41,407 nt of DNA from an uncultured Clostridia bacterium. GTDB taxonomy: Bacteria; Bacillota; Clostridia; TANB77; CAG-508. Positions 18,225-26,158 of this stretch are shown here, in pieces (positions within the stretch are counted from its first letter, which is position 1; each line of letters starts with the position of its first letter). The position numbers and the translations under genes were made by a program. Under the pieces are notes generated by a model. It did no database searches and had not been told where the DNA came from. It saw only the letters and a list, made by a program, of their open reading frames with translations. The stretch is from the NCBI GenBank assembly GCA_934183045.1, contig CAKPRW010000002.1, forward strand, positions 1 through 41,407, in the 5' to 3' direction.

Positions 18225-21170
18225 GTGAGCGAAAACACAAACAAAAAAGAAAAAAATGACGAAATCAAAGCAGAAGAAACAGCTAAAAAAGAAACAAAGC
18301 AAGAAACTATAATGGATACTGCTAACACTAAAGAAACAAGAAAGAAAAATACAGAAAAAAAGAGTAAAACAAGAATGTTATTAGTTTTATTATTCTTAGC
18401 TATATTTGCATTATGTAGTTATGTAAGTTTACGAGGAAGCTATTTAGAATATAAGGAATTAGGAGAACAATATATAAATATATTTAAAACAAATTTAATT
18501 TATAGATATTCTATAATGGCAGTAAATTTTGTATTCTTATATTTTATTATATATATGACAAATAGGGGAATAAAAAAAGGATTAAAACCATTTTTTGAAA
18601 AAGAAAAGAAAGAAATGCCTAAACTATTAAATAAATCATTAGCATTAGTAATATCAGCAATAGTAAGTATTGTTGTATCTGCAATATTTGTACAAAAAAT
18701 AATGCTTATGATTAATAGCACATCATTTGGAATACAAGATTCAGTATTTAATTTGGATATTTCATATTATTTCTTCCAAAAACCAGTAATACTAGGATTA
18801 TTAATGTATGCAATTATACTAATAGTAGGTATTACATTATATATGGCATTATACTATGTAATAGTATTTAACAGATTTTTTGATGGAATAGATGGAAAAA
18901 TGTTAAAAGAAAGTCTATTTATGAAAAAGATAACTAGAAATATACTATTGGTAGTAGTTTGTATAGCATTACTTACAATATTAAATACACAAAATATATT
19001 ATTTGGAAAAATATTAACAGTTGATAATGATGTAGATAATATAGATATTATAGGAGCTGGATTAACAGAAACTACAATTAAATTATGGGGATATATAGTA
19101 TTCGCATTTGTTATGGTTATAGTTGCATATAAAGCACTAAAATATTTTAAAGAAGGAAATACAAGTAAAGTATTAAAAAATTTAGCTATCATACCAGCAT
19201 ATTTAGTAGTATTATTTTTAGTAATGGTAGTATTTGATTTAGTTTTTGTAAATTCTAATGAATTAGATAAAGAAAAAGAGAATATAGCTGAAAATATAAA
19301 AAATACTAAAAATGCTTATAATATTAATATAGAAGAAAAGAACATAGAAACAAGTGGAACAATAACAAATGAAGAAGTTAACAAAAATTCAAATATAATA
19401 AATAATATACCAATTATCAGTAAAGATGCAGTAGTAAAAACATTACAAGATAGTCAAACAAAAACAGGATATTTCTCATATAGAAGTGCAAATTTGGCTA
19501 AATACAAAATAAATGGAAAAGATCAATTAGTATATATTTCTCCAAGAGAGATTACTAATTCAGGTAGAACATATAACAATAAAACATATGAATATACACA
19601 TGGAATGGGACAAATTATTACATCAGCTACAGAAAGTAATGAAACAGGAAATGTAGAATATGTTCAAAAAGATATAACTAGTGGAGATGAAAAAATAAAA
19701 ACGTCTCAACCACGAATGTATTTCGGATTAGATACTAAAGAAACAATAGCAACAAATACAAAGAATAAACAAGAATATGATTACACAGACGAAAATGGAG
19801 AAGACCATACTTCAACATATGATGGAAAAGCTGGATTACAACTAGGATTCTTAGATAGATTAATATTAGGAATAACAAAGGGAGATGTAAATTTAGCATT
19901 TTCTAGTGAAATAACAAGTGAAAGTAAAATATTAATAAATAGAGATGTTATATCAAGAGCTAAAAAAGCATTACCTTATTTAATATATGATGAAAATCCA
20001 TATACAGTTATAACAGAAGAAGGAAAAATAGTATGGGTAATAGATGCTTATACAGTATCTAGTCAATATCCTTATTCACAATATACTAGTATTGAACATG
20101 ATGGAGTAAAAGAAAATATAAATTATATTAGAAATTCAGTAAAGGTAATAGTTGATAGTTATGATGGAACAATGTCTTATTATATAACAGACAGAACTGA
20201 TCCAATAGCTATGGCATACAGAAATATTTATGATACATTATTTGTAGACTTAGATGAAAAAATGCCTGAAGATATATCAAGTCATTTTGTATATCCAGAA
20301 TTTTTATATAATGTACAATCTAAAGTATTAAAAGTTTATCACAATGTAAAACCAGATGTATTATATAGAGCAGATGATTTATGGGATATTGCAAAATACA
20401 ATAGTGTAAAATCATCAAAATCTACAGGAACATATATGGAACCATATTATACAATGGTAAAAACATCAGATGGAGAAAAATTGGGATTAGTACAAATTTA
20501 TACACCTGATGAGAAACAAAATTTAATTTCTTATTTAGTAGGTAGTACAAATGGAACGACAAATGAACTAAAACTTTATAAATTTTCAGCAGATAGTAAT
20601 ATTGTAGGACCAATGCAATTAGATAAACAAATTGAAGAAGATGAAGCTATCTCAAGTGAATTAGAATTATTAAATTCAACAGGAACAAAATTAACAAAAC
20701 AAATGATGGTAGTTCCAATAGAAAATACATTATTATATGTAGAACCAATTTATCAAACAATGTTAAATGAATCAGAAGTGCCAGTATTAAAGAAGGTAAT
20801 AGTAGCGTCAGGAAACAAAGTTGCAATAGGAGACACATTGAATAAAGCATTAGAAAATCTACTTTCTAAATATGCAGTAGACATTGAAGTAGAAAACACT
20901 GAAGATATAGAGGGGCTTATAGAAGCAATTATAAAAGCTAATGACAATTTAACAGATTCAAATAACAACAACGATTGGGAAATGGTTGGAAAGGACATTA
21001 AAAAATTACAAGACCTAATCAGTTCATTAGAAAAAGTAAAAGAAAAAGAAGATAAAAAGAAAACAGAATTAGAAAAAACAACAAATAATACAACAAACAG
21101 TGTAAACAATGAGGAAAACACAAATATTAATTCCGATAATATCGTAGTAAATACAAATATAAGTGAATAA
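18225..21170 (+). CDS. UPF0182 family membrane protein
   Basis: 981 aa with an N-terminal multi-TM region and a large extracytoplasmic domain. GTG start after AGGAGG. Lys/Glu-rich N- and Asn-rich C-terminal extensions. Confidence 0.8.
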   Translation: MSENTNKKEKNDEIKAEETAKKETKQETIMDTANTKETRKKNTEKKSKTRMLLVLLFLAIFALCSYVSLRGSYLEYKELGEQYINIFKTNLIYRYSIMAVNFVFLYFIIYMTNRGIKKGLKPFFEKEKKEMPKLLNKSLALVISAIVSIVVSAIFVQKIMLMINSTSFGIQDSVFNLDISYYFFQKPVILGLLMYAIILIVGITLYMALYYVIVFNRFFDGIDGKMLKESLFMKKITRNILLVVVCIALLTILNTQNILFGKILTVDNDVDNIDIIGAGLTETTIKLWGYIVFAFVMVIVAYKALKYFKEGNTSKVLKNLAIIPAYLVVLFLVMVVFDLVFVNSNELDKEKENIAENIKNTKNAYNINIEEKNIETSGTITNEEVNKNSNIINNIPIISKDAVVKTLQDSQTKTGYFSYRSANLAKYKINGKDQLVYISPREITNSGRTYNNKTYEYTHGMGQIITSATESNETGNVEYVQKDITSGDEKIKTSQPRMYFGLDTKETIATNTKNKQEYDYTDENGEDHTSTYDGKAGLQLGFLDRLILGITKGDVNLAFSSEITSESKILINRDVISRAKKALPYLIYDENPYTVITEEGKIVWVIDAYTVSSQYPYSQYTSIEHDGVKENINYIRNSVKVIVDSYDGTMSYYITDRTDPIAMAYRNIYDTLFVDLDEKMPEDISSHFVYPEFLYNVQSKVLKVYHNVKPDVLYRADDLWDIAKYNSVKSSKSTGTYMEPYYTMVKTSDGEKLGLVQIYTPDEKQNLISYLVGSTNGTTNELKLYKFSADSNIVGPMQLDKQIEEDEAISSELELLNSTGTKLTKQMMVVPIENTLLYVEPIYQTMLNESEVPVLKKVIVASGNKVAIGDTLNKALENLLSKYAVDIEVENTEDIEGLIEAIIKANDNLTDSNNNNDWEMVGKDIKKLQDLISSLEKVKEKEDKKKTELEKTTNNTTNSVNNEENTNINSDNIVVNTNISE

Positions 21171-21180
21171 AAAAATAAAA

Positions 21181-21211
21181 AAAATCCACCATAAAAGCAG
21201 GTGGATTTTTT
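21181..21211 (+). terminator. terminator-like hairpin whose 3' arm contains the SD of the next gene
   Basis: AAAATCCACC-ATAAAAGCA-GGTGGATTTT followed by TT and then ATG at 21212. Confidence 0.55.
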
Positions 21212-21499
21212 ATGTTTAGAAAAAGAAAAATGAATATATTAGACAATTCAATAAAAGAATTAACAAAAATATTACAAGAAGGAAACTTAATAGAAATCTC
21301 GTACATTCTTGGAAACAAAAGAGAAATAATAAAAAGAAATTTAATAGCCGGAATATTTAGAGGAGTAGGGATTGGAATAGGAGTAACAATAATAACAGCA
21401 ATTCTAGTCATCTTACTACAAAAAATAGTCACATTAAACATACCAATAATAGGAGAATACATTGCAGACATCGTAGAAATAGTAGAAAGAAGCAGATAA
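21212..21499 (+). CDS. DUF5665-like small membrane protein
   Basis: RNLIAGIFRGVGIGIGVTIITAILVILL resembles the family as recalled. Confidence 0.5.
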   Translation: MFRKRKMNILDNSIKELTKILQEGNLIEISYILGNKREIIKRNLIAGIFRGVGIGIGVTIITAILVILLQKIVTLNIPIIGEYIADIVEIVERSR

Positions 21500-21501
21500 A
21501 A

Positions 21502-21537
21502 TTGCCAAAAGGGCCGGGGCTTTTTGGCAATTTTTTT
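21502..21537 (+). terminator. terminator hairpin with GC-rich loop (copy 1)
   Basis: TTGCCAAAA-GGGCCGGGGC-TTTTTGGCAA plus a T7 run. Confidence 0.8.
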
Positions 21538-21668
21538 AAATCCTTACAACTTTTGAGTTTTCAAATAAGAACTATCTTAAATATTAAGAATTTATAAAAC
21601 AAAATATCTATAAGCTTTAAAACTAAAAAAATATATAAAGGTTTTATGATATTAGTTTGATAAAAAAT

Positions 21669-21691
21669 AACCTCTAACTTAGTTAGAGGTT
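21669..21691 (-). terminator. tyrS terminator
   Basis: AACCTCTAAC-TTA-GTTAGAGGTT, with a T-run on the minus strand. Confidence 0.7.
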
Positions 21692-21698
21692 GTTTCTA

Positions 21699-22922
21699 TT
21701 ATTTTTCTAATTTATAAAATATTTTTTTCCCTTTTTTCAAAATAGCGTAACCATTTGAAAAATCTTTATCTGATAATTGATAATTAGTATCACTTATTTT
21801 TTCGTCATTTAAAGATATACCACCTTGATTAATTAAAGTTCTTGCTTGGCCTTTTGATGGGGCAATATTTGTTAAAATTATTGCGTCTACAATAGATATA
21901 TTAAAATCATCTAATTTAACAGTAGGCATATTATCTAAACTTCCATGACCTGTAAATAAAGCATTTGAAGCTTCTTCTGCTTTTTTAGCCTCTTCTTCTC
22001 CATGTATAAGTTTTGTTATTTCATATGCAGCAATTTTTTTAGCTTCATTTATTTTTTCATCTTTTAATGCTGATAATTCGTTTATTTTATCCATAGGTAA
22101 GAAAGTCAACATTTTTAATACTGTTTCTACACTTCCATCTTCCATGTTTCTCCAATATTGATAAAATTCATAAGGAGAAGTTTTTTCAGGATCTAACCAT
22201 AAAGCTCCTTTTTCAGTTTTTCCCATTTTTTTACCTTCTTTAGTAGTAAGAAGTTTAAATGTTAAACCAAAAGAGTCATCTTTTCCTATTTTTCTAATTA
22301 GTTCAACACCACCAATTATGTTTGACCATTGGTCATTTCCACCCATTTGTAATTTGCATCCATATGTTTCATACAAATGTAAAAAGTCATAAGATTGCAT
22401 TAACATATAACTCATTTCGAAAAATGTTAAACCTGTTTCCATTCTTTGTTTATAACATTCAGCTGCAAGCATTCTATTTACTGAAAATAAACTACCGATA
22501 TCACGAACAAAATTTATAAATTTTAAATCTAGTAACCAATCAGCATTATTTACAATAATAGCAGCATTATCACCTTCAAAACTAACAAATTTTTCAACTT
22601 GTTTTTTTATACAAGATACATTATGATCAATGTCTTCTCTTGATAACATTTTTCTCATATCAGTTTTACCAGAAGGATCACCGATTATTGCAGTACCACC
22701 ACCAACTAAAATAATTGGTTTGTGACCACATTTTTGCATATGGCTAGCAACCATTAGCGAAACAAAATGACCTACATGAAGACTATCTGCTGTAGGGTCA
22801 ATTCCTATATAAAAAGGAACAGATTCTTTTCCAAATAACTCTTTAATTTCTTTAGGATGAGTCATTTGTTCAATATATCCTCTTTCTTCTAAAATATCAA
22901 ATACGTTTTTCATTTCATTCAT
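21699..22922 (-). CDS. tyrS: tyrosine--tRNA ligase
   Basis: HVGH (HIGH) motif, KMGKT (KMSKS) motif and C-terminal S4 domain. 407 aa. Confidence 0.95.
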   Translation of the reverse strand: MNEMKNVFDILEERGYIEQMTHPKEIKELFGKESVPFYIGIDPTADSLHVGHFVSLMVASHMQKCGHKPIILVGGGTAIIGDPSGKTDMRKMLSREDIDHNVSCIKKQVEKFVSFEGDNAAIIVNNADWLLDLKFINFVRDIGSLFSVNRMLAAECYKQRMETGLTFFEMSYMLMQSYDFLHLYETYGCKLQMGGNDQWSNIIGGVELIRKIGKDDSFGLTFKLLTTKEGKKMGKTEKGALWLDPEKTSPYEFYQYWRNMEDGSVETVLKMLTFLPMDKINELSALKDEKINEAKKIAAYEITKLIHGEEEAKKAEEASNALFTGHGSLDNMPTVKLDDFNISIVDAIILTNIAPSKGQARTLINQGGISLNDEKISDTNYQLSDKDFSNGYAILKKGKKIFYKLEK

Positions 22923-22977
22923 CCTTTCATTATTTTAGATAACATTCACAATGTATAAGGATTATCCATTATGAAAA

Positions 22978-23250
22978 TTAATTTAAAGTTATATTATTTC
23001 CTGTTTTTAGGTTATTACCGAATTGTTTTTGGTATTCTTTAAATTCGTCATATCCCATAAATCTATTTAAATTCTTAACAGAAATTCCTGTTTGACCAGA
23101 TATAGTATCTAAAGATTCAGTTAAGCCGTTTTCTTGAATATAAGATTTAAATGTTGAAAATTCAAATCCATCCTTAGTACTACATTTAGGACAAACATTG
23201 CCTGTTGATAAATAAAAATTACCACATCTACTACATTTATTAAAATCCAT
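22978..23250 (-). CDS. zinc-ribbon protein (YvyF/TIGR03826-like)
   Basis: Start moved to ATG 23250 (MDFNKCSRCGN...CPKC) after GGAGGA. Co-directional with tyrS across a 55-nt gap. Confidence 0.5.
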   Translation of the reverse strand: MDFNKCSRCGNFYLSTGNVCPKCSTKDGFEFSTFKSYIQENGLTESLDTISGQTGISVKNLNRFMGYDEFKEYQKQFGNNLKTGNNITLN

Positions 23251-23351
23251 AACTTTTCCTCCATTCATCTTTTGACAATTACTTACAAAATTTATTGTAT
23301 TGTATCATAATTTTTATAAAAGATAAAGCATTTTACAAAAATATTAAAAAC

Positions 23352-23380
23352 TTGCCAAAAAGACCCGGCCCTATTGGCAA
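23352..23380 (-). terminator. terminator hairpin with GC-rich loop (copy 2, inverted relative to copy 1)
   Basis: Minus strand: TTGCCAATA-GGGCCGGGTC-TTTTTGGCAA followed by GTTTTT. The 5' arm overlaps the last codons of the thioesterase gene. Confidence 0.75.
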
Positions 23381-23790
23381 TATTTGCAATTATTAAATTT
23401 ATCATAAATATAAGGAAATGATTTTTGAAGTCTAATTAGTTTTAAGTTTGTGTCAGTAAAGCAATGTTTAGTTTCTCCAGTCAATACTGTTATTCCATTA
23501 GCTTTATTTGTTACATTGTATCCTACAGTTAGTCTAACTCCATTAAAATCTTTTATATAAGGCTTTATTACAATGATGTCGTCAAATGTGACATGTTGTT
23601 TAAAAGAACAATTAACTCCTAATACAGGAATCATAATTTTTTGTTCTTCAAAATGAGAGTAAGGTATACCAATTTCATCTAACATATAGCATCTAGCTTC
23701 TTCTAGAAATCTAATGTAATTTGAATGATGAACAATTCCCATTTTATCTGTTTCATAATAATTAATTCTTCTTTCATAAGCAAAATCCAT
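23371..23790 (-). CDS. acyl-CoA thioesterase, YbgC/4HBT family
   Basis: RINYYETDKMGIVHHSNYIRFLEEAR hot-dog fold signature. Confidence 0.8.
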   Translation of the reverse strand: MDFAYERRINYYETDKMGIVHHSNYIRFLEEARCYMLDEIGIPYSHFEEQKIMIPVLGVNCSFKQHVTFDDIIVIKPYIKDFNGVRLTVGYNVTNKANGITVLTGETKHCFTDTNLKLIRLQKSFPYIYDKFNNCKYCQ

Positions 23791-23958
23791 TAATAACGCT
23801 TCCTTTCAAATTGTTATTATAAAAAAAGATTATTGAATTGTCAAATATAGATAATATGAAAAAATTATTTTTAAATGTCATAAGAAACATTATTGAAAAA
23901 AAATAAAAGTGGTATATAATAATAGGGAAAAAATTTAAGAAATATAAGAGGGATTAAA

Positions 23959-25401
23959 ATGAAAAAAATAAATGGAATAATAATGCAGTATTTTGAATGG
24001 TATATGAATTGTGAACAGAATTTATGGAATGAGTTAGCAAGTGAAGCTCCCAAATTATCAGATTTGGGAATTACGGCAATTTGGCTTCCGCCAGCTTATA
24101 AAGGAATTGGGGGAAAAGATGAAGTTGGGTATGGAGTATATGATGTGTACGATTTAGGTGAATTTGATCAAAAAGGATCAATAAAAACAAAGTATGGTTC
24201 AAAAGATGAATATTTAAATTGTATACAAGTATTAAAACAGAATGGAATTGAAAGTTATGCTGATATTGTTTTAAATCATAAAATGGGAGCAGATATGTTG
24301 CAAACAATTCCAGCTTCAAAAGTTGATTGGGGAGATCATAATAATATAATAGAAAATCAAGAGATAGTAAGAGTTGCGACCAAATATACTTTCCCAGGAA
24401 GAAAACATAAATATTCAGATTTTGAATGGAATTGGACACATTTTGACGGGATTGATTATGACGAAAATTCAAAACAAAATGCTATATTTAAATTCAAAGA
24501 CAAAAATTGGAACGAAACGGTTGATGAAGAATTTGGAAATTACGACTATTTAATGGGAGCAGATATAGATTTTACTAATGAGGAAGTAGTAAAAGAATGT
24601 ACAAATTGGGGAAAATGGTATTTAGAAACAACAGGTGTAGATGGATTTCGTTTAGATGCAGTAAAACATATACCAGCATTGTTTTATAGAGATTGGATAA
24701 AAACATTAAGAGAAGATTCAGGAAAACAATTATTTACAGTAGGAGAGTATTGGACAGGTGATGTATCAAAATTACATAGATATATAACAGAAACAGAAGG
24801 AAAAATTTCTCTATTTGATGTTCCATTACATTATCATTTAGAAGCTGCATCAAAAGATGAAAATTATGATTTATCAAGAATATTTGATGGAACTTTAGTA
24901 AAGGAAAATTCTAGTATGGCTGTAACATTTGTTGATAATCATGATACGCAACCAGGACAAGCTTTACAAAGTTTTGTGGAAAACTGGTTTAAACCAGCAG
25001 CTTATAGCTTGATATTACTTAGAAATGAAGGATATCCATGCGTATTCTATGGGGATTTTTATGGAATACCACATGATAATGTAGAACCACTAAAAGAATT
25101 AAAAACTATAATAAAATTAAGACAAGAAAAATCATATGGAGAGCAACATGACTATTTTGATCATCCAAATTATATAGGATGGACATGTGAAGGAGATAGT
25201 GAACATATCAAATCAGGATTAGCAGTTGTAATATCTAATAAAGAGGATGGGGAAAAAAGAATGTATGTTGGAACACAATTTACTGGGAAAAAATTTATAG
25301 ATGCATTAGAAAATTGTGAAGAAGAAGTAATTATTGATGATGAAGGATGTGGAATTTTCAAAGTAAAAGGAAGATCTGTATCTATATGGGTAGAATGTTA
25401 G
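23959..25401 (+). CDS. cytoplasmic alpha-amylase (GH13)
   Basis: NGIIMQYFEWY, DIVLNHK, GFRLDAVKHI, EYW and FVDNHD regions I-IV. No signal peptide. Confidence 0.9.
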   Translation: MKKINGIIMQYFEWYMNCEQNLWNELASEAPKLSDLGITAIWLPPAYKGIGGKDEVGYGVYDVYDLGEFDQKGSIKTKYGSKDEYLNCIQVLKQNGIESYADIVLNHKMGADMLQTIPASKVDWGDHNNIIENQEIVRVATKYTFPGRKHKYSDFEWNWTHFDGIDYDENSKQNAIFKFKDKNWNETVDEEFGNYDYLMGADIDFTNEEVVKECTNWGKWYLETTGVDGFRLDAVKHIPALFYRDWIKTLREDSGKQLFTVGEYWTGDVSKLHRYITETEGKISLFDVPLHYHLEAASKDENYDLSRIFDGTLVKENSSMAVTFVDNHDTQPGQALQSFVENWFKPAAYSLILLRNEGYPCVFYGDFYGIPHDNVEPLKELKTIIKLRQEKSYGEQHDYFDHPNYIGWTCEGDSEHIKSGLAVVISNKEDGEKRMYVGTQFTGKKFIDALENCEEEVIIDDEGCGIFKVKGRSVSIWVEC

Positions 25402-25474
25402 AAGTATATAAAAATATAGAAAATAAAAAGAATATATCATAAGGAATTAATTGGTCAAAAATAGAAAAATTTGC

Positions 25475-25503
25475 TTGAACATATATGCAAACCGTGTTAT
25501 AAT
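25475..25503 (+). promoter_or_regulatory. promoter TTGAAC-17-TATAAT of foreign cassette 3
   Basis: TTGAAC 25475-25480, 17-nt spacer, TATAAT 25498-25503. Confidence 0.6.
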
Positions 25504-25615
25504 CAGTAAGTTCAAAGGTAAAAAACCTTCGAAGATATTTCGGGGGTTATGCTTATTTGCCTCCGAAATGTAACCAATAACTAATAACATTTTTTATAAA
25601 AGGAGGTCATACAGA

Positions 25616-25894
25616 ATGAGCAAAAAAATAACGTTAGTGGTAAAAAAGGAAATTGATGCAGAGGATTTGATTGCACAAATGGAAGAATTTATTCGGAGTT
25701 ATCCAAGTAATAATGAAAACGCAAAAAAGTTGCGTGAAAGGATACCAAAAATGAAAGTTCTTGAGATAAATCAAATCAGAAATGCCGAAACTCAGGAGCC
25801 ATTTGTTACATGGAAGGACGAAAATGGAAAGTCACATATTATCCATATAAAACCATCACATTTTAAAGTGTGGGGATATTTGAATTCTTTGTAA
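25616..25894 (+). CDS. hypothetical 92-aa protein, compositionally foreign (cassette 3)
   Basis: AAAGGAGG SD. Higher G+C than the flanks. One in-frame CGG Arg codon. No family recognised. Confidence 0.55.
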   Translation: MSKKITLVVKKEIDAEDLIAQMEEFIRSYPSNNENAKKLRERIPKMKVLEINQIRNAETQEPFVTWKDENGKSHIIHIKPSHFKVWGYLNSL

Positions 25895-25915
25895 TTTATT
25901 TTTGACACTAAAAAA

Positions 25916-25956
25916 CGCCTAGCTTTATAATAATATAATAGCTAGGTGCTTTTATA
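25916..25956 (+). terminator. intrinsic terminator of cassette 3
   Basis: CGCCTAGCT ... AGCTAGGTG followed by CTTTTAT. Confidence 0.6.
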
Positions 25957-26086
25957 TATAATATAAAAAACAGTCTATAATAACAAAAATATAAAAACAT
26001 AATATAAACACATAGATAGGTGGAATTTTTAAAGATTAAATGATATAATTTAAAAAATATTATAAAATAAAAAATTATTATTAAGA

Positions 26087-26142
26087 GGAGTGTCCCTTTT
26101 TCCCTAGAACAGGGAAAAAGAAGGAACGTCCCATAATCCCGG
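26087..26142 (+). promoter_or_regulatory. copy 2 of the conserved structured 5'-UTR element
   Basis: GGAGTGTCCCT, a 9-bp hairpin (CTTTTTCCC-TAGAACA-GGGAAAAAG), AAGGAACGTCCCA, T, AATCCCGG, then 16 nt to the dnaE ATG. Extended -10 TGATATAAT at 26041-26049. Confidence 0.6.
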
Positions 26143-26158
26143 GAGAGGAGAAATAAGG

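Noticed and set aside
22923-23350. Looked for a T-box leader upstream of tyrS, which is usual in Firmicutes.
   Set aside because: Only 55 nt separate tyrS from the upstream zinc-ribbon gene, and the leader of about 60 nt before that gene has no specifier or T-box sequence. No T-box is present, which may be mildly unusual.
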